A stretch of DNA of 64,000 bases, taken from assembly GCA_013239625.1 (NCBI GenBank), contig MU053754.1, positions 1,345,966-1,409,965 of the forward strand, read 5' to 3'. Shown one piece after another: positions 13,426 to 25,506 of the stretch; positions within the stretch are counted from its first letter, which is position 1; the number at the start of each line of letters is the position of its first letter. The position numbers and the translations under genes are program-made. The notes below the pieces were generated by a model. That model saw only the letters and a program-made list of their open reading frames with translations. It searched no databases and was not told where the DNA came from. This DNA comes from Lama guanicoe (Eukaryota).

Positions 13426-13919
13426 CAAACGCTGTTGTCTAGACAGCAGTGCAAGCTACCCTGTACACTGGAGGAAAGACCTGGTCTTGACAGGCTCACA
13501 GCCGAGTGCCTACCCATGAAGGATGCGCATTCCATCAGGAACTCTCTCTGCCCTGCTTTGGAGCAAGAGCTCTGCTCCTCAGTACTCAGCCAAAGCTGAG
13601 CACGGGATGGGAACCTAAGTAACAAAGTCTGCTATTGTGACTGGCAAGCAAAAACCTATTGGAAAGACGACTGATTACTGGTTCACATAAATTTGAAATA
13701 ACAGACAGTTATGGTTATTTATGATCTCCTACCTTATGTTCCACAAGACTTTACTAGCACAAATTAAAAAGTGCCTCCAATCTAATTTTTAATTTAACTG
13801 CTTCACTGCAATTGAACTAAAGTTCAATAGATGGTTAAACTAAATCAAGAATTTTCATCACTCACCCAGTAGTACAATACGTTGCATTCCACTCACATGA
13901 TCTTATTATAATACAATTT

Positions 13920-14152
13920 TCCATTTGTTGAGAAAGTATTCTGTGCAATGCACTGTGTGAGTAGCTTTATTTACATTATTTCTTATTCTTACAGCTATTC
14001 CAAAAGGTAGGAATTATTATCCCCATTTTTTAGATGCATGACTTTATTTTCAGAGGGATGAAGCAATTGGGCCAAAATCACAGTGTGTGGGCAGAGTTAC
14101 AAAGTTAACCTCAGAGCCTTCATGCTCCAAAGCCAGATTCTCAACCAGGCAT
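13920..14152 (-). mobile_element. MIR SINE
   Basis: Core aggtaggaattattatccccattttttagatg...cagagggatgaagcaattgggccaaaatcacag and ctccaaagccag. Confidence 0.85.
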
Positions 14153-15017
14153 CGTAGCTTCCATACCTTGCCCATTCTTCCACAGTCAAAGAAAATTAAT
14201 TATTCACTTATTTTAAAAAGATTACCTATGTCATCATACTGGAAAGATAATTAAAGATCATGCTGGAAATTCCAGAAATGTCGATGAATAATTAAGTCTT
14301 TCTAAGACAACTAGAAATTGGAAGCTGACCTCCTGTGCAGCATGAATACAGTTCCAGGTTATCTAGTTGAAAAGGAAAATTGGCAGTTGGTGATCACAGA
14401 ATGTCTGGAGTAATTTCAGATCAGCCCACACAGAGGAATAAGAGACGAAACCCTCTGTAAATAGGCAAATATTGATTAAATATATTCCAGGGCAAGACCC
14501 AGGACTATGAAATTAACAGAACACAGAGGCAGGGCAAACTTGAGACCTTTCCCTCACGCAGACTGATCAGCGCTTTTCAAAAGACAGAGCCAGAGTGATG
14601 ATGTGAAATTTTAACATCAACTCAGCGGGGTCCCTCCTTTCAAACACCAGATGTCCTCTTTATTTCATCTTCCGCTCAACCCCAATTGTCTATTCCTGAG
14701 AAGACTGCATAGGCAGTTACAAAGCCATTCCCTTTGGGGTCTGCCTAATTCCCTCACCAGAAAACACATTAAACAACAGTACTGGCGATGAGTAATATGA
14801 CCAACACATGCACCCTGACGGATGAACAACTGCGTGCAGGGTCACAGGGCTCTGTCATCACAGGGCACTGAGGGAACTGTGATGTGTCTATGTTTCACAC
14901 CTCCCTCGTTACCTCCCTTTTAGATAATCACAGCCAAAAACAAAGAGCTATGATATGCTTTCATCTACCTCCTTCTCCCTGGGTGGGGTGAGGTAGGGAA
15001 GGCGTCACAGATTCAGG

Positions 15018-15245
15018 CAGGGGTGGGCACACCGTGGCCCCTGGGCCAAATCCAGCCCAACACCTGTTTTTGTAAAGAAGTTTTATTGGCCCAAGGCCAA
15101 ACTCATTCGTTCACATAATGCACATGTGGCTGCCTTCCTATTACAAAGGCAGAGTGGTATCATCGAGACAGAGACTACAAGGCCCGCTAAGTTGAAAATA
15201 CGTACTACCCGGCCTTTTACAGAAAAAATAATGTGCCAGTCCCTG
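15018..15245. mobile_element. MER58A-like hAT-Charlie MITE
   Basis: Ends caggggtgggcac...gtgccagtccctg form imperfect TIRs; internal gggccaaatccagccc...cctgtttttgtaaa..gttttattgg. Confidence 0.85.
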
Positions 15246-15347
15246 TTAGGAGCGGGAAAGAAAAGACCCTGGCCCAGAGAAAACACGTGTGAATAACCAA
15301 GACAAAATGAGAAACCTAAACTCATAAACACAGAGAAGAAAACAGGA

Positions 15348-16497
15348 GGGAATGATGTGGGCAAGATGGCAGAACAGGAGTTTTCTCCTACCTTCCCCAG
15401 ATGGAACACTGATTCTGACCATCACTCACGAAGACAGCACCTCTGTGATGTCCAGGAGTCCAGTGGAGAAGCTCCAGCACAGCGCTGGAGGGGAAAAAAA
15501 AAAAATCCGAGGTTAGACACAATGAAGAGGGAAGAGGAACAGTTTGATTTTACCCCGTCATTCCTTCCCCAAGGTGGTGCGGCTCAGCCCCAAGATTTTT
15601 CCTGGGGCAGAGAGAGCCTGTCAGTGAGCACCTGGCCTCCCCAGATGTGCAGGGCACTGCCAAAGAGACTCCGCTCCTTCATGCCTGACCCAGAACATGG
15701 AGAGGAGGTGGGTGACTTGGGGAAGGGATGGCTGAGAGATCGGCGGTTGGTGTTCTCAGAGGAGGACAGTGGGGCACAGACCTCACCACCTGCTTCACGG
15801 ACTCCATCAGGAAGCCGACACAGGAGGTCCTGGGGCGCCTGGCCTCGGGATGCCCCCAGCCAGCCCCTGGGCATCCCCTCAGGCTCTGTATGCCTCACCC
15901 GCACACCGTCACACTGTGGCTGGCTTCCCCAGGCTGGCTCTGCGGCACTGGGAGAAACACAAACGTGAGCACTCAGCACCTCCCTGGAGAAAGAAATGGG
16001 AGGCTGTCAGCCGTCAGCCTGGCTTTGCAGGATCAAGAGAAGGCAGGTAGTCTTAAGAGTTCCTGCCCCTCTCCCGCAAGAGGGCCTGAGAAAGCCTCAG
16101 AATCCCCAGCAGGGCTGACAGAAGATACTTCTCTTCCAAAGCCAGTCAGTAAAGACTGGAGGAGGTGACTGCTTCTTCAAAAGTGAAGACAGCAACACAA
16201 GACTTCAAGGCACATGAGTGACCAAGGAAACATGGCCACGCAGAACACATTAATTTTCCTGTAACCAACTCTAAGGAAATGGAGATCTGCGATTTGCCCA
16301 GTAAGGAACTGAAAATAGTCATTTTAAGGAAGCTCAGTGAGCTACAAAACACAGAAAGACAATTCAGCAAAATTAGGAAAACAATACAAATAAAAAGAGG
16401 AATTTAACAGAGGGATAGAAATCATTGAAAGGAACCAAAGGGAAATTCTGAAGCTTAAGAATACAAGGAATGAAATGAGAAATGCAATGGAGAGCTA
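15348..16497 (+). mobile_element. L1 5' UTR plus start of ORF1 (L1M2/M3-like), 3' part missing
   Basis: Starts gatgtgggcaagatggcagaacaggag (L1 5' end with YY1-type AAGATGGC), then a GC-rich UTR and ORF1-like gaaatggagatctgcgatttgccc...attttaaggaagctcagtgagctaca. Confidence 0.8.
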
Positions 16498-16959
16498 TTT
16501 CATGAAAAGGCAATGAAACACCAAGAAGGAATAGTCCGTTTTGAAGGCACTGCCTTTCACAGGAAGGCAGCTTTCCACACCCACTACGCCCACCGCTGGG
16601 CTTACATCAGCATAGCTACTCCCTGGAAACAGAGACAGTAATCACTGGACGCAGAGCAACGAAGAACGGAAATACCAACCAAATTCCTGACTAATGCCTG
16701 TGCTGCAATTACCCTCTTAGGCACAAAGTGAAATGGTTTGTACCCACATCCAATTCAGATTCATGTATTCATAATGTAACTTGTCTGTGTGTGTATGTAT
16801 ACTTAAAACCTTTACATGTTTAAACTACTTTTGTGTATGTATATATGCATATATATTTCAATAAAGACAAGATGTATTTGTACACAAAGTGAATTTGAAA
16901 GAATATGGATTTAGCTTATTTGGAAAGAATGATTTAGTTGTGCCATTCCTAAATACCGC

Positions 16960-17710
16960 TGATTTGTTCAACAAGTACATTCAACAAATACTCCATGTCA
17001 GGCATGATTATAGGGTCCAAGATGCACTGGTGGAAAAAACAAAACCGAAAAAAATGTCCCTGCTTTTTTTTTAACTAGTTTACATTCTAGTAGGGATGGA
17101 GAAGAAACTGACAGTAAGCAAAATTAAACTGTCTACTGTCATGTAATATTACACAAATTTAGTGGCTTAAAATTACACACATTTATAAGTTCACAGTGTG
17201 TGTGGGGAGGAGGCTGAGCATGACAGAACTGCACCCTCTGATGCAGTCCCTCGGGGCTGCGACTTCATCTGAGAGCCCACTCAAAGGCTGCACTGGGGAA
17301 GAATCTGCTCATGTGGCTGTGGGTAGAATTTAGTTGCCTGAGGGATCCTGGATCTTGGGCCTCGGTTACTTGCTGCTACGGATGGAAGGTCACCCTCAGT
17401 CCCTGGTCACAGAGGCCTCTCCCACAAGGCAGGCTGCTTCATCAAAGCCAGCAATGAAGATCTTCTAACAAGCCAGAGGCACAGTCTTTTGTAACCTGAG
17501 CAGAGAATTGACATGCCATCCCTTTTGCTGAATTTTTCTTTTAAGAAGTGAGTCACAGTCTACACTCAAAAGGATGAGATCACAGAGGCTATGATGATCA
17601 GGAGGCAAGGACCATCAGGGGCCCCCTTTAAAGCCTGCTTACCACAGCAGGGCATAACGTGCAGGGCCTGGTGGGCCATTGGGAGGAACTGGATTTTACT
17701 AGGATGCAAC
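16960..17710 (-). mobile_element. L2 relic interrupted by an MLT1 LTR
   Basis: L2 3' end ttcaacaa...cattcaacaaata...tttacattctagtaggg at 16960-17125; L2-like gcagggcctggtgggccattgggaggaactggattttact resumes after 17647. Confidence 0.55.
17130..17646 (-). mobile_element. MaLR solo LTR (MLT1E/F-like)
   Basis: acaaatttagtggcttaaaa..acacacatttat, ctggggaagaatctgct, cttcatcaaagccagcaa; ends cctgcttaccaca (TGTGGTAAGCAGG on minus). Confidence 0.8.
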
Positions 17711-19542
17711 GACAATTTATGAGAGGCAGCTCAGGATCTACTGAGTTGTGATGTATACTGACCAAGTGTCTACTTCACCACCATCCACACTGCTCCCACG
17801 AGACCCCACAACTTCCTTGTCTCACGGACAAGGACAGTGGTATTAATCTTTCCGCACCCTGTGCTGTTCTCACACCCACTGTGACGGGTCCTGATTACAC
17901 AGGCTTTTCCCCAATCACCGATAATCTCTCCCTGTATTTCTCCTTCACATAAGTTTTCTCCCCAACTATCTCTTTCCTGCTGAAAACCACCTCTTTCATT
18001 GCTCATGGTCCTCTCCCTCTCATGGCCAACAACATCACTACCAGACCGTTCATACCATTATTTAGCATCTTGGGAAGTGAATCTTTCATCCAGTTCAAAA
18101 TAGGGAACACAGAGTTACCACAACTAAACTAAATGGAAAGGCTAGTCTCTGACTTTTTTTGCATGTGCTAAAAATAGCTGGAGCAGAGAGGCAGTGACCC
18201 TGAGTATGATTTAACCTGTCAGCTACACTCAGTCAAATCCCTGTTTTGCTGTGGGCCTTCCCAGTTCCTCACAGAGCCCAGACACCATCCTTCTAACCTG
18301 CTTTTCTTTCCACACCCCCTTTACACTCACACTCATGCCTAACTTTCTCTATTACTGATCACTCCATCTCCCCAGAAAGCTGGGTCCACTGGCTAACAAC
18401 ACGGACGCTTACAATCAGTTTCCTCCATGAACAGATGCTTTTCCCACCCAGCCGGCCTTTCGAATGCCCTCCCAGGGATCCCTTGCTCCCCGACCTCCAC
18501 ATCTGGACGTTTCTTTTTTGCTGGCATATGAATAAATAATACTTGGAGGAGTATTTTGGAGGAGTCCTCCATTTCTGTGCTGAGACCACATGAGAGTGAT
18601 CAAGGATAACATCATAATGACACAAATTTTAAAATATGGCTGGGTTGGAAAGGAGCATCTTGAAATATTTACGCAAATTTAAGAGGTGACATCTTCATTC
18701 CTTAAAGTCCTTTCAAGCCATCTGACCACGTCGGCCAGCCACGAGGCGTTTTTGGAAGCGGAAGAAAAGAGTTGTTAGGATGCTCTTTCCTTAACAGGAG
18801 GTTTTGTTGTTGATATTTTAGAGGGAAACATGATTTCAGAAATTGCTAAAAACGCTTTTCTAAGATTTATTCCTTTCCTCATGATCAAAATAAGTGCGGC
18901 AATGTCTGTATTTGCCAGAAAAAGGGACGATATTTTCCCTCAGGTTTTGAAACCCCTTGAAAACCTCTATAACCTGCTGCTGTTTTTATAGTAATCGAAG
19001 CTAAATTGGGGCTGAGAGAAAAATGAAGCATGCGATACAACTGAAGGAATTCCATCGCAAGGCTGCACAGATTTTCCAAATGCTCAGCTTTTCCCCCTGG
19101 TGTAAATATAGCCTTTATCATGAAATTGAACAAACATTTTTCTAAATTTGTCTCTCAGGAGCAAGCCTACTCTGCACATCACAGAACATTTTATCCTCCA
19201 AAGATAGGCTGAAAGCTCTAAATTACTCATTATATGGCTTAACAAAAGAAGCTCATTGTTAGTTAATTGGAGATAATATGGCCTTGTTCCCTGATGCAGA
19301 TATATTAAAATTGCTGGATATTTCTGGAGTTAATCTCTTCTGGAAAAAACTCAGTCATAAAATGTATCTTCTTCTGATAAGAAATGAGGTAGCTTGAAAT
19401 AAATACACGAATTGGAGCTGAGAGGACGTAGAATACTGAAGAGGAGAGGACGCTGTCTCTGAACAACTTGCCAAATGTCAGTTCTCCTGAATGGTACGCA
19501 ACCCGGTCACCCCAAAGAAAAATATCCCAATTAGCTGGACCT

Positions 19543-19630
19543 CACGGGGACAGTGCTAGGATGAGGCAAGTGCCTCGGGTGCAAAATTTCAAGGGGTGCC
19601 TCACTCGCCTCGCCCTAGTCCTGGCCCCAG
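19543..19630. mobile_element. Short hAT-Tip100 MITE (MER96-like)
   Basis: Inverted arms ggggacagtgctaggatgaggcaagtg / cactcgcctcgccctagtcctggcccc; 8-bp TSD ctggacct (19535-19542) / ctggacat (19631-19638). Confidence 0.75.
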
Positions 19631-20429
19631 CTGGACATCTGAGCTAAACTGAGCTAAACATCTGACTCCCTAAAACTGCCTCTTCTCTAGAATGAGTCAT
19701 TTAACTGCTCCCTTGTTTTTGGACTTCTCTCCTATTTATTTTGTTCCCTGGATCTTTTACAACTAAATCCATTACAACTAAAACACAGATAGTGGATTCC
19801 TACAGATAATGGACTGCCTCTGGGCATAAATAAGGCCAGAAAGCCATGGCTACTGCTGTAAGAGGCTTTTTACTCCTAAAGGGAAGAGAAGACATGCATT
19901 CCTTCCTCCTCAGAAAATCCTTGCTCTGCCCTTCAAACTAGGGTCACGATTCCTCATGCCAAATGTCACCACGTCACCTGCTGTTCACTTTCCAGCTCAT
20001 GACAAGCACTCTTCTTCACACATCACTGGAACGAAAGCCCTGAAACCACGTGAGACCTCCTAATTCATCGTAAACCCAGGACTTGAAGCATCATTGAATG
20101 TCACTGGCCTGAGGCTCTTTCATGACTGAACACCCCTCCTTTCTCGGGCCTGAGTCCTCACAGTCACCATGGCTTCTTCCAGTATTTCCGATCCCTCCTC
20201 CTTCGACTTACATGGCATCACGTTTTTTTTTTTTTCAAATTTATCAACTTCTTCCTAATGTTGACATGGTTTAGAATCAGAACTCTCTTCTCTTGTTGCT
20301 GTAAAGAATCTCCCCAGCCAATCCCAGCTGCTTACAAGAGCCTACCTCCTCGGCAAACACAACTGACTTCACAATCTTCATCCATGGCCAAACTTTTTCC
20401 ACTGGGAACCCCGTTGTCCTCTCTCTTTA

Positions 20430-20685
20430 GATACATTTATTAAATTACTAAGTTCCTAGGCATTGTGAGTGCACAGACGACCCAGGTGACCTCAGACCTT
20501 AGACTGCAACCTGGCAGAGAATGCTGATGAGTCTGGAGGAAGTTACAACACAATGTGTGTTATAATGAAAGCATAAATCTGGTGCTCTAGGGTGATGCTG
20601 CTCATACTTCGGTGTGCAAACAAAACACCTGGGCTTCTTGGTAAAAGGAAGATCATGATTCAGAAGGACTAGGGACTTGGGAGAA
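20430..20685. mobile_element. L2 3' relic (minus) followed by a MER5-like fragment
   Basis: atacatttattaaattactaagttcctaggcattgtg (L2), then cacctgggcttcttggtaaaaggaagatcatgattcagaaggactaggg (MER5). Confidence 0.5.
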
Positions 20686-21433
20686 CTGTGCCTGGAGCCC
20701 GTGCAGCAGGGGTGGGAAAGCCATGTGGATGCAGTGGGTTGTGGAGGAGATAGAAATAGAAGGAAGTAGAAACTAGGTGATGAAGGGACCTGTGAAATAT
20801 CCTAGGGGGGACACACCCAGAATGAAAAGCAGGGCACAGCTGGAGAGAGGAGCATTGACAACGAGCCAGTATCTGTGCTGAACACCCTGAGAGTCCAGGG
20901 CACTTGTCTCCGGAAGGCAGGGCGTGGTGGCCAGAGGCACAAGCGCTTCACAGGATGGGAGCGGGGGATAAACACATCCTGGATGGTCCCATCTGAATGT
21001 ACCTCCCCGCAGTCTATGAGAACGGGGAGCACCACACTTTCAGATTGCTAAGTCACCCAGACTAACACTGAGCTGCTACTCCTGGGGGCTTGTGGGCACA
21101 GTTTTGGGTTTGGAGGATTTGGGGCTTTGGGGTGTTTTTTTAGGATTCTGCAAATAATGCGGAAATAAAGCAATGACTTGTGTGTTATTCACTTGATTGA
21201 AACAGGGATGCTCACTGCACTCAGATGGTACCGAAACAGGTCTGTAACCAAAGAGCTGCCTCTGCACTGTTTAACGTTAACTAAGCAACAATCATGCCTT
21301 TAAGCACAGAGGAACACATGCGGTGACACACTGAACACTGCTTTAAACTAAGGTCAGCTCCACCGCTAGAGAGAATGACAAAAAGAGTCCACATTTCCTT
21401 GCTTCTCTTTTTCAAAAGATCAGCAAAATACAC

Positions 21434-21510
21434 CTGATTGCTCAGTTTCTTAAAGAAACTCTTTTCCATTTGTCTTGTTGGTTTTTCATGTTCCATTACA
21501 GGGTTGTCTT
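21434..21510 (-). CDS. Candidate 77-nt exon, (E)DNPVMEHEKPTRQMEKSFFKKLSNQ (phase 1 to 0)
   Basis: Minus strand CTTGCTTATCGCTTTGTTTGGCATTTAG|AAGAC...AATCAG|GTGTAT. Purine-rich body, one open frame, weak donor. Confidence 0.35.
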
Positions 21511-21929
21511 CTAAATGCCAAACAAAGCGATAAGCAAGCTGGAGGCCAGGGTTCCATATTCGGCTCTGGAAGCCCAGTGTTCGGCGGGGCACGCAGCACA
21601 CAGTTGGTACTCAGCATATGCTCATCGAGGACATGAGACAGCACCACAGTCCTCACCATAGGCTCCCTTACATTGACCACACGTGCCAACAGTAACACAC
21701 ACATACTCCCGAGAGGAGGGGCTGTACACTGAGATCTTCTCTGCCATCACCAGGTATGGACGAAGAGCCAGAAGGGAGAAGGCAGGTGAGCAAAGTTCCA
21801 GAGTAGGCTCAAGGACAGCCCACGTCCACGGCCACCACCCGGAAGGCAATGAGACAGCAGGCAGCCTGTTCGTCTTTCTCCCTAAGACCCAGGCCAATCA
21901 CTACAGCACTTTCTACTTTAACAAACGCC

Positions 21930-22700
21930 TTTCCTGTCGATTTATTTTACTTTACTCTAAAATCTTTTTAAACATATACACATAATTTTACACAATGCCC
22001 AAAAGTGATTATCTCATACATGTTAGCTGACTGTTGTAGCAGCACTCTGTGTGTGTGTGTGTGTGTCTGTGTGTGTCTGTGTGCGCGCGCGCGTGTGTGG
22101 TTTCGCTTGTCTTCCCCTCCCACTCATACCATTCCTTTTGACCGCGGACTCTGATGCCACCGCCCTCCCTGGTAACCCAGGCGAAGAATCTAGACGGTAC
22201 CGTTCATGTTTTTCTTCATAATTATATAGACACACCGAATTTTGTCCTTGTCTTAAAAAATGGGATATTACAGAATATTACACATACTTCTCTGTTTTTT
22301 TCTTTCCCCGCTCAACAGTGTGTCATAGAATTTCCTGTACACCACCTGATATATTCGAATCCATCCTTCTGAACGGCTGCATGACATGATATGCCATGTT
22401 AATGAATTCTAATTTACTCGATGATCCCTCTGTTGAAGGGCATTTCCTTTGTTTCCTTTGTCAGCTTGAACAATGAATGGTCAGTATATATCCTGGAACA
22501 CTGATCCTCACTTACTGAGCTTCATTTCTAGCAGATGGAGCTCCAAGGTGGGATGGCTGGGTCAAAGAGTGTGCCTTTAACATTTTAACAGTTATCGACA
22601 TATTAATATCAAAAGGGCTATAGACATTCACATTATCATCAGCAATACATGAAAGTACCCATTTTCCACACATCTTCAGTGTGTGTTATTGCTTTAACAT
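21930..22700 (-). mobile_element. Old L1 (L1ME-like) antisense fragment
   Basis: ccctctgttgaagggcattt, gatggctgggtcaaagagtgtg, catcagcaatacatgaaagtacccattttccacacatctt. Confidence 0.65.
22048..22099. repeat. Compound (TG)n(CG)n microsatellite
   Basis: tgtgtg...tctgtgtgcgcgcgcgcgtgtgtg. Confidence 0.95.
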
Positions 22701-23429
22701 TAGTTTATAATGTTTCCATACTGAAGGAAATGTCAGGTGAGCAATACCACCCACAGGATGCCCTCTTTTAGAGGATACAGGGAAGTCCTGCTTTGACTCA
22801 GGAGGAACAACCCTGGAAGGCACTCGGCAGACCTAGTTTTGGGTTCACACATGCACTCTGACCTGAGACCTTGAATGAATCCTTTATCCTTACTGAGCCT
22901 CTTTCTATGTTTGTTGAAAGGAAGCAAATACACACATACTTACACACAGGCATTTTAACATTAAAGGGTTGACAAGATTATGTGAATTTATCAGGCCAAA
23001 ATCAAAGTGTAGCCAAGAATCAATAAAGGACAGCAGAAACCTAAAGCCATTTTTCCCTGAGGGCATCTGGCCAATGTGGTGAATGTTAGTTTTAGTATTT
23101 AATTCCTCAGAAGGTGCAGGAGACAGAAGAGAAAACCCAGGGCTCACCCAGGGTGGAAAGTTCAATAAAGAATACTTCTGCCTCAAATATGGGACTTCAA
23201 AAGTGCTATACCCTCAGTGTAAATTCGAAGCAAAATAGACTCACACCAAATTATACCATTAAAGGGCGACAAGAACACTTTCCTGGGTCCTGAGAAAAGC
23301 AGTAAAGGAATAAATACAGAGAAGTTGTTAAAAAAAAATTAGTAAACCTAGCACTAATGTGAATTTGCAACACAAAGTCCTACCACATGAGAAGTCCAAA
23401 GAATGTTAAGCTATCAGTTTAGCTCAAGA

Positions 23430-23695
23430 ACCTCTAAAATTATTTGTGGTGGCGAGCTGGGCTGTTTGTTTCATTTCCAATCCATGGGAACTTTAGTAAA
23501 ATGTAATAAAAATAAATTGCACAAAAAATGATATGGAAAAAAGGACAAACACAGCATGTTGATGCTGTCTGTAGCAATGTCAAGTTATTATAAAAATTTC
23601 CAAATGTCACTCTTATTTTCCATACTTGGTCTGCAAAAGGTTACAAGCATTTGGTGGAGCGAGACCTGGTCCCAAGTACCCAGCAGAACAAGTAC
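23430..23695. mobile_element. hAT-Charlie DNA transposon relic (Charlie4-like)
   Basis: gcaatgtcaagttattataaaaatttccaaatgtcactcttattttccatactt...cctggtccc resembles the recalled consensus. Confidence 0.45.
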
Positions 23696-23759
23696 AATTT
23701 GTCTCCGTGGAACATACTCTCCTCTTACGCCTTAGAGAATTCTCAAAATAATTTTCCAA

Positions 23760-24500
23760 GGAAAAAGCACACATTTCACAAGTAAAGGAAAATCAGCAAA
23801 CACACAAGTTCACTCGGCACCACAAGGAGGAATTAAAATAAAGAGACAGAAAAAACCAGACTTGCAAAAGCTTCAGATACTGAAATTATCAGACACTGAA
23901 TCTACAACAAACTTGCTGATTATGTTTAAAGGAATGAAATGTAGGCGACTATACTGGAATAAAGGAATGAAATATGAGACTACTATAAAAAGTGACCTAG
24001 CAGAGCTGAAAAGAATCAACCAGAGATGGAAAGCAAAAGGAAAGAAAATTAAAATTCCATAAATGAGGACAGCAGCAGACTAAACATGGCTGAAGAGACA
24101 AGTAGGTAACAGAAGGATGGGGCAGATACCATCCAGAACACAGCCCCGCAAAACAAATCGATGCAAAAGAAGAAAGAGACGTTTGGAAACAGAGGATGGA
24201 GAAGATATAAAATGTCTTCTCAGAGTCCCAGAATACATGAAAGCTAACAGCACAGAGGAAATAATATGATAAAAGACTTTCTTTCCAGAATGGGTAAAAG
24301 ACATAAATCTACAAACTCAAGATTTCCCAGAAATCCTAAGGAAAATTCATGAATAAAAATGCGCAGCTGAACAAGTCACAATAAAATTTAAAACCATCAA
24401 AGAAAATCTTAAAAAGAGAGGGGAAAAAAGGAAGATCGCCCTCGAAGGAGTGACAGGCTAACAGCTGATTTTCAACAACAAAGACTGAAGCCGGGAAAAT
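23760..24500 (+). mobile_element. Old L1 ORF1 relic (L1M4/L1ME-like)
   Basis: cttcagatactgaaattatcagacac, tttccagaatg...aaagacataaatctaca, aaaatcttaaaa, acagctgattttcaaca. Confidence 0.7.
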
Positions 24501-24954
24501 AGGAACTGAACCTCATTGCCAGCCACGTGAACGGCATGGACGCAAAGCCTCCTCCAGGTGGGCCTGGAGATTCCGCAGTCCAGCACTCGGATGGTAGCCT
24601 TTGAGAGGCTTATGTTAACCCCTATATATAAAAACAGACAAAAACACATTTCTTCTGTATTGCACAGGGAACAATATTCAATATCTTGTAATAATCTAAT
24701 ATGTAATGCATGACTGGGACATTATGCTGTACACCAGAAACTGACACATTGTAACTGACTATACTTCAATTTAAACAAACAAAGAAACCAGAGGACCCAG
24801 CTGAGAGGCAGACACATTCCCAGCCCATGGCAATGATAAAACAGGAAGTGCATAATAACTGATATTAATGAGATTACACATGATCATCAATGATCGTTGT
24901 TTTGAACGGCTGAGCTCCGTGGTAATTTCTTATACAGCAATAGATCACTAGTGC
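24500..24954 (+). mobile_element. MLT1 LTR 3' half interrupted by a short L1 3' end
   Basis: gccagccacgtga...gcctttgagag | cagaggacccagctgag; ends ggtaatttcttatacagcaatagatcactagtgca. Confidence 0.65.
24610..24787 (+). mobile_element. Very short lineage-specific L1 3' end
   Basis: gcacagggaacaatattcaatatcttgtaataa...tgctgtacaccagaaactgacacattgtaactgactatacttcaat plus A-rich tail. Confidence 0.85.
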
Positions 24955-25103
24955 AGTTAACATCCATCTCATCTCCCTGTTGTCAAAGAGAGCAACTACT
25001 CAGCAATGACAAAAACAAGATACGACCCGGGCTGGGGGAGGAAAAGGCACGGATAACCCACGATCTAGCCGACTGTCAGTGCAGAAGGGAGAACTTGCCA
25101 GGA

Positions 25104-25506
25104 TGTCTTAGTTTACCAGGGCCACCACATCAAAGTACCGGAGACCGGGAACGCAAACAACATAAATCTATTGTGTCGCAGTTCCAGAGGCTGGGCTTGG
25201 GTCCTCCTCGGGGCCTCGAGGGAAGGCTTGTTCCAGACCATTCTCTTCTCCTTGTGGACAGCAATACTCTCTCTGTGTTACTTCGCCTGGTATTCCCTCT
25301 ATGTGGGACTGTTTCTGAGAAAATGTCTCCTTTTCACAAGGATACTAGTCATGTTGGATGGAGGCCCACCAAAGGACCAAAGGACCTTGTTTTAACTTGA
25401 TCTCCAACATAAAGATCCAGTCTCCAAAAATGGTCACATTCTGAGGGACTTGAGGGTTATGACCTCAACACGTGAATTTGGGGGAGGAGGACACAAACAC
25501 ATAACA
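25104..25506 (-). mobile_element. MaLR solo LTR (MLT1A/C-like)
   Basis: Begins tgtcttagtttaccagggcc; ends ggtcacattctgagg...gaatttggggaggaggacacaaacacataaca (TG...CA termini). Confidence 0.85.

Noticed and set aside
15357..16168. 203-aa and overlapping ORFs as a gene
   Set aside because: They lie in a GC-rich L1 5' UTR, are open in several frames on both strands, and show no recognisable domain.
21502..21605. Plus-strand exon after the pyrimidine tract ending ccattacag
   Set aside because: Poor donor (GTACTC); the tract is also explained as the complement of the purine-rich minus-strand candidate. Not fully excluded.
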